Source of the DNA: Octopus bimaculoides
Lineage: Eukaryota
DNA: 64,000 bases
Direction: 5' to 3'
NCBI RefSeq assembly: GCF_001194135.2
Contig: NC_068982.1
Coordinates: forward strand, 171,649,379 to 171,713,378
Both the position numbers and the translations under genes were made by a program. Below are positions 11,850-23,078 of the stretch, one piece after another; the first letter of the stretch is position 1, and the number at the start of each line of letters is the position of its first letter. The notes below the pieces were generated by a model, which was given only the letters and a program-made list of their open reading frames with translations, searched no databases and had not been told where the DNA came from.

Positions 11850-12767
11850 NNNNNNNNNNNNNNNNNNNNNNNNNNNNNNNNNNNNNNNNNNNNNNNNNNN
11901 NNNNNNNNNNNNNNNNNNNNNNNNNNNNNNNNNNNNNNNNNNNNNNNNNNNNNNNNNNNNNNNNNNNNNNNNNNNNNNNNNNNNNNNNNNNNNNNNNNNN
12001 NNNNNNNNNNNNNNNNNNNNNNNNNNNNNNNNNNNNNNNNNNNNNNNNNNNNNNNNNNNNNNNNNNNNNNNNNNNNNNNNNNNNNNNNNNNNNNNNNNNN
12101 NNNNNNNNNNNNNNNNNNNNNNNNNNNNNNNNNNNNNNNNNNNNNNNNNNNNNNNNNNNNNNNNNNNNNNNNNNNNNNNNNNNNNNNNNNNNNNNNNNNN
12201 NNNNNNNNNNNNNNNNNNNNNNNNNNNNNNNNNNNNNNNNNNNNNNNNNNNNNNNNNNNNNNNNNNNNNNNNNNNNNNNNNNNNNNNNNNNNNNNNNNNN
12301 NNNNNNNNNNNNNNNNNNNNNNNNNNNNNNNNNNNNNNNNNNNNNNNNNNNNNNNNNNNNNNNNNNNNNNNNNNNNNNNNNNNNNNNNNNNNNNNNNNNN
12401 NNNNNNNNNNNNNNNNNNNNNNNNNNNNNNNNNNNNNNNNNNNNNNNNNNNNNNNNNNNNNNNNNNNNNNNNNNNNNNNNNNNNNNNNNNNNNNNNNNNN
12501 NNNNNNNNNNNNNNNNNNNNNNNNNNNNNNNNNNNNNNNNNNNNNNNNNNNNNNNNNNNNNNNNNNNNNNNNNNNNNNNNNNNNNNNNNNNNNNNNNNNN
12601 NNNNNNNNNNNNNNNNNNNNNNNNNNNNNNNNNNNNNNNNNNNNNNNNNNNNNNNNNNNNNNNNNNNNNNNNNNNNNNNNNNNNNNNNNNNNNNNNNNNN
12701 NNNNNNNNNNNNNNNNNNNNNNNNNNNNNNNNNNNNNTTATCCCACTTCTGACAGATTTTTTTTTTA

Positions 12768-13147
12768 GAGGCGTAGGAGTGGCTGTGTGGTAAGTAGCTT
12801 GCTTATCAACCACATGGTTCTGGGTTCAGTCCCACTGCGTGGCACCTTGGCTAAGTGTCTTCTACTATAGCCTCGGGCTGACCAAAGCCTTGTGAGTGGA
12901 TTTGGTAGACGGAAACTGAAAGAAGCCCGTCGTATGTGTGTGTGCTTGTGTCTGTGTTTCACCCACCGTCATCGCTTGACAATCCACGCTGGTATGTTCA
13001 TGTCCCCGTAGCTTAGTCGTTCGGCAAAAGTCACCAATACAATAAGTACTAGGCTTACAAAGAATAAGTCCAGGAGTTGATTTGTCTGACTAAAGGTGGT
13101 GCTCCAGCATGGCCACAGTCAAATGACTGAAACAAATAAAAAAGAGA
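12768..13147 (+). mobile_element. Full-length family B tRNA-derived SINE
   Basis: GGAGTGGCTGTGTGGTAAGTAGCTTGC...GGGTTCAGTCCCACTGCGTGGCACCTTGG...GGAAACTGAAAGAAGCCCGTCG, a (TG)n linker, and tail GGTGCTCCAGCATGGCCACAGTCAAATGACTGAAACAAATAAAA. Confidence 0.9.
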
Positions 13148-13339
13148 ATACCTTTTTACATGCCTGTGTGTATTATTTCTTTTAATAAGTTAATTAGTGA
13201 AGGACGCTTTTTGTGGCCAAGTCATTTGCAGAACATTGTAACCGCTGATTTTCTTATAACTTTGGATCGTGCTTTTCGCAAAGAAAAACCGTTTGACCAA
13301 CGCGTGTGCTTTCTTGTGTTCCTAGAAGCTGTTAGAAAT

Positions 13340-13505
13340 GACAGCCAAATCATCCTCATGTCATATTACGTGTAACAACGTCTCTTTGTAAAAGAAGAAG
13401 CACATTCGATAATATATAATTTTATCAATAAGATGGGATTCCTGCGGCTGGAACCTCTTTGATTGTAGGTTTGTTTGGTCAGTCCTGACCTGGGGCTAAA
13501 TAACA
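13340..13505 (+). mobile_element. Degenerate interspersed repeat, family F (related copies at about 2255-2345, 17035-17100, 36330-36520, 54560-54700)
   Basis: Shared layout AAATC..CAAAT...GTCT..AAAA...GATAAT...TTTGAT...CAGTC..GACCTGGGGCTAAA, recognised by eye only. Confidence 0.45.
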
Positions 13506-13871
13506 ATGCTCAGATGGGGGAAAAGGCTATTGTTTTCGTAAGGAAATATATAGTCACATGGTTGGAATTCGTAATTCTGACATAGTGTGGATGAGAAGGG
13601 AATGGACATACATGGATAGATGCACACAATACGCTAGTTCTGAGAAGGCAGTCACTTGTGCCTATCCATTATTCGAAAGAGAGAGGAGAGAGAAAGAAAA
13701 GCGGAGATAGAGAGGGGGAGGTAGAGACAGAGAAATATAATTAAAATGTGTTTTTCCCAGACACATGTTTAACCTTGACCTTTTTCATACTTAAATTCGA
13801 TGCTCACTCATATGTGAACAAGGAACTACAGACATGCATGATAGCATGCAGTATACAGGATATTTATTTCT

Positions 13872-14099
13872 TTATTGACCACTGGGGGGCTAAACACAGA
13901 GAAGACCAACAAGGACAAACAAAGGGATTAAGTCGATTACATCAACCCCCAGTGCGTAACTGGTACTTATTTAGTCGACTCCGAAAGGATGAAAGGCAAA
14001 GTCGACATCGGCGGAATTTGAACTCAGAACGTAACGACAGACGAAATACCGCTAAGCATTTCGCCCGGCGTGCTAACGTTTCTGCCAGCTCGCCGCCCT
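13872..14099 (-). mobile_element. Full-length family A SINE
   Basis: Close match to 3792-4020 in reverse. Confidence 0.9.
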
Positions 14100-14319
14100 A
14101 CGAGATATACAGGATGTTTTTATGGAATAGATACAACGGAGCAAAAATAATCTGACTTCATTAGCAAGCTGGACATAATACTTATTGAAACTATTTTATG
14201 TTTTTAATTTTATATTATTTTGATAGTTCATTTTGGGAAATCCCTAAGTTTTACAGCATGTTCTGCATTTATACAGTATTACTTTCTTGTTGTTTCTTTT
14301 GCACTTCCTGTTTTATATT

Positions 14320-15012
14320 CATCAAGGGGGAGGAGGAGGAGGATGAAGTAGCATCACCATTTCAACATTACTTACGATAAGAGAAACAACATCACCGAAG
14401 CCAGCAAAACTAGCATGATGACATAAGAGAAACACCACCGACAGCAGCAACAACAACAACAACAGGAGCACCAACATCATCACCTTGATCGTAATTATCA
14501 TCATAATCTTTCAGGTAATGCTGATAATGAAGATGAGGATGAAGATAATGACGCTTGCAAGGGCCAGGTGTAGTTTAGTTCGTAGCGACGACAACGACAA
14601 TGATGATGATGATGATTGAGAGGAGGAGGAGGAGGAGGAGGAGGAAGTGGTGGTGACGATAAAGAGGTGGGTGAGGAGGATGACGGGAAGGAAAGAGACG
14701 AGAAGGAGAAGGACGAGAAAGAAGGCGAGGAGGAGGTGAGAAAATGGAGGAGGAGTTGGACAAATGCTGTGGTAGAGGTTGTGTTCATAGCGATGATGAT
14801 GATGATGANNNNNNNNNNGATGATGATGACGACCACGACGACGACGACGACGACGACAACGATGATGTTGATGATGATGTTGATGATAACGACGGTGAGC
14901 ATGACAATACAAGGCGGTCGAAGATGCCGACGACAACAACGATGATGTCGACAACGTCAAGGACAGCGACGAGGATAACGACGCTGACGACAATGAAGAG
15001 GACTTCGATGTA
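14320..15012. repeat. Degenerate trinucleotide array (GAG/GAT/GAC/CAA)n
   Basis: Direct reading. The ORFs here are homopolymeric runs. Confidence 0.9.
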
Positions 15013-15406
15013 AAAGTGGCTATTGTGTTCCAGAAGAAGGCAACGTAACGTTATGAAACATCTGTAGAATACTTAGAACATTCGATGAACTGCGAGCAAA
15101 TATTCCAGTCTCGTTTTTGCTGATATTTCATCTAAATACCGCTAGATTGCGGTGTGTGTATTCAGTACATCATTTCCTGTTCTTTTCAATTTTTTTTTCT
15201 TTTTCTTTTCGCCTTAACCAACCCGCTTGGAAATAAAATATGTTTCCAAATTACTTCTAGAATGACTTGTTAAATATCTAATTAACTTGTATAGTATGTC
15301 GCATATCTTTTTTTCTTTTTTCAAATTTGTTTATTTGATAATTTTGCTTCTTTTTTTGTCTTTTCTTTAGCTTTATACACAAAGGCACACATATACAAAT
15401 ATATAC

Positions 15407-15456
<50 letters not shown>

Positions 15457-15589
15457 TCCCATACACACACATACACATGATGTAGCATATTTCTTAGTTA
15501 CATTATTTCACGCTTAAGATTTATCCAAGTTTGGTTGGTTCCTTTAATTTCAGCTTATGAACAGACAGACAGTTTGTATGAAAAGGAAG

Positions 15590-15930
15590 AAATAAGATGG
15601 GGAGAAGAGAAGGAAGAGAGAGAGGTGGGGGAGGAATGAAAGAGAGAGAAAGAGGATGAGAGAGTGAATGAGAGAGAAAGAGAGTGAGGATGTGAATGAA
15701 AGAGAGAGAAAGAGAGTGAGGATGTGAATGAAAGAGAGAGAAAGAGAATGTGAATGAGCGTGAGAGAAAGAATGTAAGTGAGAGAGAGGCAGATATACAG
15801 AGAGTGAGAATGTGAATGAAAGAGAGAGAAAGAGAGCGTAAGAGTGAGTGTGAGAGAGAGAATGAAAGTGAGAGAGAGTGTGGGAGAGAGAGAGGCAGAT
15901 ATACGGAGAGGGAGAGAAGGTGAGTTAGAA
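15590..15930. repeat. GA-rich low-complexity tract with ~30-bp recurring unit GAGTGAG(G/A)ATGTGAATGAAAGAGAGAGAAAGA
   Basis: Unit seen near 15681, 15715 and 15802. Confidence 0.8.
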
Positions 15931-16579
15931 AAAGTAAGAATGAACAGTAGTCCAACAAATTACTTAACTAATTCAATACAGCAAATTAAACGTTTAGAGT
16001 TTGGTAAGGGGTCTGGAATGTGTATTGACATGGTGATTGTCAAGTGCAATTTCTTCTTAATTAAAGTACGCAATGCTTTATTTTGTAGTTTTCGTATTTC
16101 ATTTTGTTTTCTTCTTTAAGTTTTTTTTCCTTTATTTTTTCTGTTTTTATATTTACTGCGCTAATCCGGAGGCCGACAACCTACACCTAAAGACAACGGT
16201 GTAAAATGAACGAACTCTGATATTATGTACATATATATGTATGTATGTTAAGTAATACATATATGTAACTCACTTCTAAACATCGTGCTCTCTCGAAAAT
16301 CTAGTAATGTAATAAGTTATTGAAGGTTATTATATGTGAAGTGTGAGACTAGTGACTGTGACCTCCTTAGATTCCTCGTGGTTGCCATATTTCTTTCACC
16401 AGATGTCTGAACCAAATATTTCATGGCATTCAGCGGACTTCGTTAAACGTGTATCAAGGTGAAGTTCAGCTGTTGTTTTTATTTTATGGGATTTTTCTGT
16501 TGAAGTACTATGTGACAGTCTTCTTTTCTTATTTCAGTGTTCTGCTTTTATCACAAGTTATTATTTCTCAGAGCTAGGG

Positions 16580-17010
16580 TAGCAATCTGGCAGAATCGTT
16601 AGCATGCCGGGGGAAAAATGCTTTCCGGCGTTTCGTCCATCTTCACATTCTGAGGTCAATTTCCGCCGAGGTTGACTTTATCTTTTATCCTTTCGGAGTC
16701 GATAAAATAAATACCAGCTGAGCTTGGGGGGCGAGGTAATCGACTTGCACCCTACCCCAAAGTTACTGGTCTTGTGCCAAATTGTGATACTATCACTACT
16801 CTGAGTTTGGTGAGGTGGCGGAATAGTTAGTACAGCGGACAAATTGCTTTGCGGCATGTTGTCTTTCTTTACTTTCTGGGTTCAAATTCCGCCGAGGTCG
16901 ACTTTACCTTTTATCCATTCAGTATCGATAATATAAGTACCAGTTGAGTTCTGGAGCCGATGCAATCGACTAGGACTCCACCCTCAAACTTCAAGGCCCT
17001 GTGCCAATAG
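16580..17010 (+). mobile_element. Two adjacent diverged family A SINE copies (about 16580-16790 and 16808-17010)
   Basis: Each has GGCAGAATCGTTAG or GGCGGAATAGTTAG, TTCCGCCGAGGT(T/C)GACTTTA and GTCGATAA. Confidence 0.8.
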
Positions 17011-17964
17011 TAGACAGGATTATTATTCAGAGATTGTTGATTTTTAGCCTTAAGTCAACCAGAGTCGAGCAGGCTTATGATCACTGGCCATTTACCTAAG
17101 ACTGTATGTTTTTTTGCATATCCGTGATTATATTACGCAGTTGTTTGACTGGCTGGAAATAATTACACTCTGCAGTATATGCATTGTTAGGACGTTGCTC
17201 TCTCTCTCTAGTGTCTTCGGTTGTAAAGTCAATAGAGCACTTGAACGAACAGATGAAAAATATGAATAAATCCAAACAACTCAAACAAAAGGAATAGTTA
17301 CGATGTAAAAAATAAAGATTTCGTGACACTGCAAAAATCTAATTAGTAAATCCACATTTTTAAAAATTGAGGATTTCCTCGTTGCTTTATAAAACCAATA
17401 AAATTATTCCGAGCTGCATAGAAAATGTGATGGTACTCGAATTTAAAGCTAAGCAGTAAAATATATAGCTTGAAGAAGACAGAGCTTCGCCAAAATGTTG
17501 CTACATCTTTACAAACACAAAGTAAAAAGAAAGCTTTCGTGACACTCCTAAAAATTTAATGGGTATGGAGATTCACCTGTTTTATTAATGAATCTACATT
17601 TTATAAGATGGAGAAATTCCTCGTTGCTTTATAAAGCCAATAAAATTATTTTGAGCTACATAGAAAGTGCGATGGTACTCGAGTTTGAAGCTAAGAAGTT
17701 ATATAGGCCACAATAAAAGTTAGACCCAGCTGACTGTGATACCGTCACCAATTGCGATTATCTAGTGGTTTATTACCTTCCATGTATCGTGTTATCTACT
17801 GCAGAAATATCACTTCAGTTAAATTTCTAACGCTCTTGTACCAAATTGAACTCATTGAGCATGTCATATATTAGTATGATTACTTCTAAGTTGGTACAAA
17901 GAGCCTATAGGTTTATGTGAAATTAAAGCAACAAACTGTGTCGTTAATATTTTCCTCATACGCG

Positions 17965-18067
17965 CAGGCGTAGCTGTGTGGTGAAAAGATTGCTTCCCAA
18001 CCACTTGTGCCGACCAAAGACTTGTGAGTGGATTTGGTTGACGGAAACTGAAAGAAGCCCGTCGTGC

Positions 18068-18158
<91 letters not shown>

Positions 18159-18405
18159 TGTGTGTGAGTATTTATGTGTGTACCGTTGTGTCTGTGTCTC
18201 CTGACCATCGCTTGACAACTGATGTTCTTATGTTTACGTTTATGTTTATGATCGATATGTTTAGGTTTATGATCGATATTTTTATGTTTATGATCAATAG
18301 AACAAGTACCAGGCTTACAAAGAATAAGCCCTGGGGTCGATTTCTTCGACTAAAAGCGGTGCTCCAGCATAGCCACAGTCAAACGACTGAAACAAATAAA
18401 AGAAT
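17965..18405 (+). mobile_element. Family B SINE with internal deletion and expanded (TG)n
   Basis: Head GCAGGCGTAGCTGTGTGGTGAAAAGATTGCTTCCCAACCAC and tail GCGGTGCTCCAGCATAGCCACAGTCAAACGACTGAAACAAATAAAAGAATA. Confidence 0.85.
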
Positions 18406-19656
18406 AGATAATTACGCATCTTGGTATCGTAAACAAATCTTAGATTTAGCTCTGTGGTAATTTACATGTAACTATAATAGTTAGAAATGATCTAATTATA
18501 AATCTCACAGAGAAAATTAAGCAGCAGTGTTATGATAAATCAGAAACATGTCCCAGAATGCACACTGAGCTGGTGGAAGTGCTTGTCTCCCCCTTGCAAA
18601 TATAAGGACACAGGAAATGTGTCAAGGCCGACAGGAAGCGTTCCAACTTCCTAGGGCTAAATAGCAGCAGTGTGATTGCCTTATTGGGACTGTCACATTG
18701 AGTTGACAGTATACAACTGCTTTATAATAGAGTTCTCATATGGTAATCCATGGTAATCCATGTTTGTTTTCTAACTTTTAAATGTAATTTCGCGATGATA
18801 ATTATAAATCTTGATCAAATGTCGCAAGAAGTCCAGCGTCTAGTTAGACAATAGATGGGTAACAGCTGCTCTAATAACTTTATGGGGAATCAATATCGCT
18901 GAGTTGATCGGGGCTACCAGCATAGCAATCATGAGTTCAACGTTACTGTATGCCACTTATACAAAACAATGAAGAGAACTCTTCATGGTCATTCGACCCA
19001 CCGGAACAGGCAGTTAGATTCGGTATGAGTCATGCCCCAGTCTTTTAGAAAAGAACACACTAGAAAATATATTAATCATGGTTGTACTCTTTCAGGAAAG
19101 ATCACAAGACTGTTTCTATGGCTGGAACGCTCTCACTTATGCTCAACAACAGATATATATATATATATATATANNNNNNNNNNNNNNNNNNNNNNNNNNN
19201 NNNNNNNNNNNNNNNNNNNNNNNNNNNNNNNNNNNNNNNNNNNNNNNNNNNNNNNNNNNNNNNNNNNNNNNNNNNNNNNNNNNNNNNNNNNNNNNNNNNN
19301 NNNNNNNNNNNNNNNNNNNNNNNNNNNNNNNNNNNNNNNNNNNNNNNNNNNNNNNNNNNNNNNNNNNNNNNNNNNNNNNNNNNNNNNNNNNNNNNNNNNN
19401 NNNNNNNNNNNNNNNNNNNNNNNNNNNNNNNNNNNNNNNNNNNNNNNNNNNNNNNNNNNNNNNNNNNNNNNNNNNNNNNNNNNNNNNNNNNNNNNNNNNN
19501 NNNNNNNNNNNNNNNNNNNNNNNNNNNNNNNNNNNNNNNNNNNNNNNNNNNNNNNNNNNNNNNNNNNNNNNNNNNNNNNNNNNNNNNNNNNNNNNNNNNN
19601 NNNNNNNNNNNNNNNNNNNNNNNNNNNNNNNNNNNNNNNNNNNNNNNNNNNNNNNG

Positions 19657-19723
19657 ACACTTGACCAAGTTGCTATGCGGTGGGACTGAGACCAGAACCA
19701 TGTGGTTGGGAAGCAAGCTTCTT
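19657..19723 (-). mobile_element. Family B SINE body, left part of a copy split by the 19724-22191 insertion
   Basis: ...AGAACCATGTGGTTGGGAAGCAAGCTTCTT. The expected continuation ACCACACAGCCACGC is at 22207-22221. Confidence 0.85.
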
Positions 19724-22191
19724 TATTTCATTAAATTTGCCATTTAGGCATTACACAGATTAGCAGAAGCTAGGGCTGGACAGAAACATTAATGAGATGA
19801 GATGAATAGTGTACATGATGATATAGATGGGAGAAGACAAAGCCGCCCACCGAACTTTGCTTCTCTAAAACTTTGTTCTTTTTTTGTTAAATCATAAATT
19901 TTAAACAAACAGAATTCAATTATAACAGTCAATTCAATTATAACAGTTAATCTCCCTCGTCGCTGCCCCCGAGTAAATAGCCTGCTGCCTGCAGATAACT
20001 CTGAATCGACAGGCTCGGGCCAACGGCGAGGGAGACGTATTCTACTTCGTCAAAGAGTGCTGAGACCTTTGACAAGGTCCTTCTATTTATGACCTCCGCA
20101 GCTACCTGCCGAGGCCACATTGAACTGCCAGTGCAGGCCAAGTAGTTCCTTTCTAGGTCGCACTGACAATTCAAAAATTTTTCTATGTTCCCTCCCTCGT
20201 GGTATAGGATGACAACCTCCTCCCCTTCCTCACGAGGAGGGGCCTCACACTGGTCCGTCAGTGGCACAATTCCCACTGACAGAGCCTCATTCACGGGTGC
20301 CGTCAGCGGCACAGAAGCATCGGCCGACTTCTCCCTCTTCTTCCTTTTCCTCTTTCTTCTTGAGGATACAGAGGGCAACGTCGGCATACGCGGAGGATCG
20401 CTGTCCCCCTCTGCCTCCTGTACATTCTTTGCTGAGCAACCATTGTTGCTCACCTTTCTTTTTCTTTTTGTGGAGACAGCCGCCTCCACAACTTTCGCTG
20501 TCTCCCCCTCCAATATGGGGGGGGGCGGGCACGTTTTCTTTATTCTGCTCCAGGACCTTACCATGGCTCTGGGGGCAGTTCTTTCTAATATGGCCAGGCT
20601 CCAGGCACTGGTGACACTTGGGGTGGGGCGTCCCTCAAGGATCACCGGGTACCTTTGGCCAGCCATCCTCAGAAAATCTGGGAAAACCAGATCTTTAGCT
20701 GATTGGGTCCATATGGTCAACACAGCTTTCGACCCAACCCAATTAGCTGAAGGCAGAATTTTAACATTAATGAGCNNNNNNNNNNNNNNNNNNNNNNNNN
20801 NNNNNNNNNNNNNNNNNNNNNNNNNNNNNNNNNNNNNNNNNNNNNNNNNNNNNNNNNNNNNNNNNNNNNNNNNNNNNNNNNNNNNNNNNNNNNNNNNNNN
20901 NNNNNNNNNNNNNNNNNNNNNNNNNNNNNNNNNNNNNNNNNNNNNNNNNNNNNNNNNNNNNNNNNNNNNNNNNNNNNNNNNNNNNNNNNNNNNNNNNNNN
21001 NNNNNNNNNNNNNNNNNNNNNNNNNNNNNNNNNNNNNNNNNNNNNNNNNNNNNNNNNNNNNNNNNNNNNNNNNNNNNNNNNNNNNNNNNNNNNNNNNNNN
21101 NNNNNNNNNNNNNNNNNNNNNNNNNNNNNNNNNNNNNNNNNNNNNNNNNNNNNNNNNNNNNNNNNNNNNNNNNNNNNNNNNNNNNNNNNNNNNNNNNNNN
21201 NNNNNNNNNNNNNNNNNNNNNNNNNNNNNNNNNNNNNNNNNNNNNNNNNNNNNNNNNNNNNNNNNNNNNNNNNNNNNNNNNNNNNNNNNNNNNNNNNNNN
21301 NNNNNNNNNNNNNNNNNNNNNNNNNNNNNNNNNNNNNNNNNNNNNNNNNNNNNNNNNNNNNNNNNNNNNAAAACGGAGCACAGAAGAAAGAAAAATAGTT
21401 CGGTTGAAAAAAAATCACACAAAAATAGAAAAAAGAAAAAAGAATACAGTTCAACAGTTCATACGAACAATTTTCCGGCCACTAGTACTCCAAGCCACAT
21501 GAACACGGAATCCTGCAACTGGAACGGCTTCCACAATTTTTCAAAAAAATTGGTAATAATGTTCAATTTCTTGGAGGCAGGATACGCCCCCAACACAGCA
21601 ATTTTCACAAAAACTATTCACTAAAAGTGAACAAATTACTTTTGCATAATTTCACAAATAGTTCAACCACCTCTCGAGTCAAGATACGCCCCCAGAAAGG
21701 AAGTCACAACACAAGCTTGCTACGCTTTTTTCTTTTTGGATAGAGCGTAACTGGTTCACATCCACCTTGGTTCAGAAAAAAAACTAACTGGAACGGCTTC
21801 CACAATTTTTCAAAAAAATTGGTAATAATGTTCAATTTCTTGGAGGCGGGATACACCCCTAACACAGCAATTTAGTTTCACAAATAGTTCAACCACTTCT
21901 CGAGTCGAGATACGCCCCCAGAAAGGAAGGCACAACACAAGCTTGCTACGCAAGCTTCAATACACAAAAAACAGCGGCCAACGAAAGGAGGCAAAATTGT
22001 CCCATAGCTGTGAGCAATTTATTAACAAACAATATACTATAATAAATTACTCCCAGCTTAGAAAAAAGACAAAGTCACCTACCTCGCCGACCGTTCTCTG
22101 TTTTTGTTGTTCTTTTTTCTTTTTGGATGGAGCGCTATTGGCTCACATCTACCTTGGTCTGCTGTACGAAGAAGACTAACTCTCCAATACC
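19724..22191 (-). mobile_element. ORF1-only (HAL1-like) non-autonomous non-LTR retroelement of L1/Tx1 type, with 15-bp TSD
   Basis: GGAAGCAAGCTTCTT occurs at 19709-19723 and 22192-22206, and removing the insert plus one copy restores an intact SINE head. The element has a long 5' UTR with duplicated modules, a gag-like ORF, and a 223-bp 3' UTR ending at AATAAA (19722-19727, minus strand). No RT or endonuclease lies downstream. Confidence 0.75.
19947..20775 (-). pseudogene. Gag-like ORF1 (C-terminal part; start in N-gap) with CCHC zinc knuckle in a shifted frame
   Basis: Reads ...PDFLRMAGQRYPVILEGRP, then after a frameshift KCHQCLEPGHIRKNCPQS (Cx2Cx4Hx4C, 20616-20575). A second shift at the G9 run (20517-20525) returns to ILEGETAKVVEAAVSTKRKRK...GGSDEGD*. 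Confidence 0.75.
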
Positions 22192-22222
22192 GGAAGCAAG
22201 CTTCTTACCACACAGCCACGCA
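22192..22222 (-). mobile_element. Family B SINE 5' head, right part of the split copy
   Basis: GGAAGCAAGCTTCTTACCACACAGCCACGC is the reverse complement of the family B A-box region. Confidence 0.85.
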
Positions 22223-22316
22223 CACATAGATGTACAATATTTTTTATACAAATACGTACACTCATATATACATGTAATTTTATGCAAAAATGCACATAGA
22301 TAGATAGATAGATATG

Positions 22317-22649
22317 CTGAGACCCCCTTCGGTCATGACTGACCATGAGATTGCCCCTAGAAAGTTACCCTCGCAGGCACAAGTTCGGGCAAGGTTGTTT
22401 ATGGAAGACCAGCAGTCGCCCATGCATACCGGCCTCCCCTCTCCACGCCACCAGTGTTATCCAAGGGAAGGGCAAAGGCCGATACAGCTTGGCACTTATG
22501 ACGTCGCAACTTATTTCTACAGCTGAGTGAACTGGAGCAACGTGAAATAAAGTGTCTTACTCTAAAACACATGCACTTCGGTCCGGGATTCGAACTCGCA
22601 ACCTCACGATTGTAAGATCGACGCTCTAACCACTGAGCCATGCGCCTTC
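22317..22649 (-). mobile_element. Full-length family C SINE with tRNA head
   Basis: Minus-strand head GGCGCATGGCTCAGTGGTTAGAGCG...GAGTTCGAATCCCGG, then the CORE-like domain and a family-specific tail. Confidence 0.9.
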
Positions 22650-22674
22650 ATGTATGTAGGCGCCTATATGTATG

Positions 22675-22717
<43 letters not shown>

Positions 22718-23045
22718 NNNNNNNNNNNNNNNNNNNNNNNNNNNNNNNNNNNNNNNNNNNNNNNNNNNNNNNNNNNNNNNNNNNNNNNNNNNNNNNNNNN
22801 NNNNNNNNNNNNNNNNNNNNNNNNNNNNNNNNNNNNNNNNNNNNNNNNNNNNNNNNNNNNNNNNNNNNNNNNNNNNNNNNNNNNNNNNNNNNNNNNNNNN
22901 NNNNNNNNNNNNNNNNNNNNNNNNNNNNNNNNNNNNNNNNNNNNNNNNNNNNNNNNNNNNNNNNNNNNNNNNNNNNNNNNNNNNNNNNNNNNNNNNNNNN
23001 NNNNNNNNNNNNNNNNNNNNNNNNNNNNNNNNNNNNNNNNNNNNN

Positions 23046-23078
<33 letters not shown>

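Noticed and set aside
14322-15013. Poly-D/E/H/T/M ORFs here and the similar ones at 23957-24359, 50822-51102 and 61334-62002
   Set aside because: These are degenerate trinucleotide arrays, open in several frames on both strands, with no splice or domain support.
20185-20775. Plus-strand 479-aa ORF
   Set aside because: It is the antisense shadow of the gag-like ORF1 plus the N-gap, with no recognisable motif.
22560-22649. tRNA-like sequence with A and B boxes
   Set aside because: It is the head of a family C SINE and continues directly into the SINE body. No proper acceptor stem.
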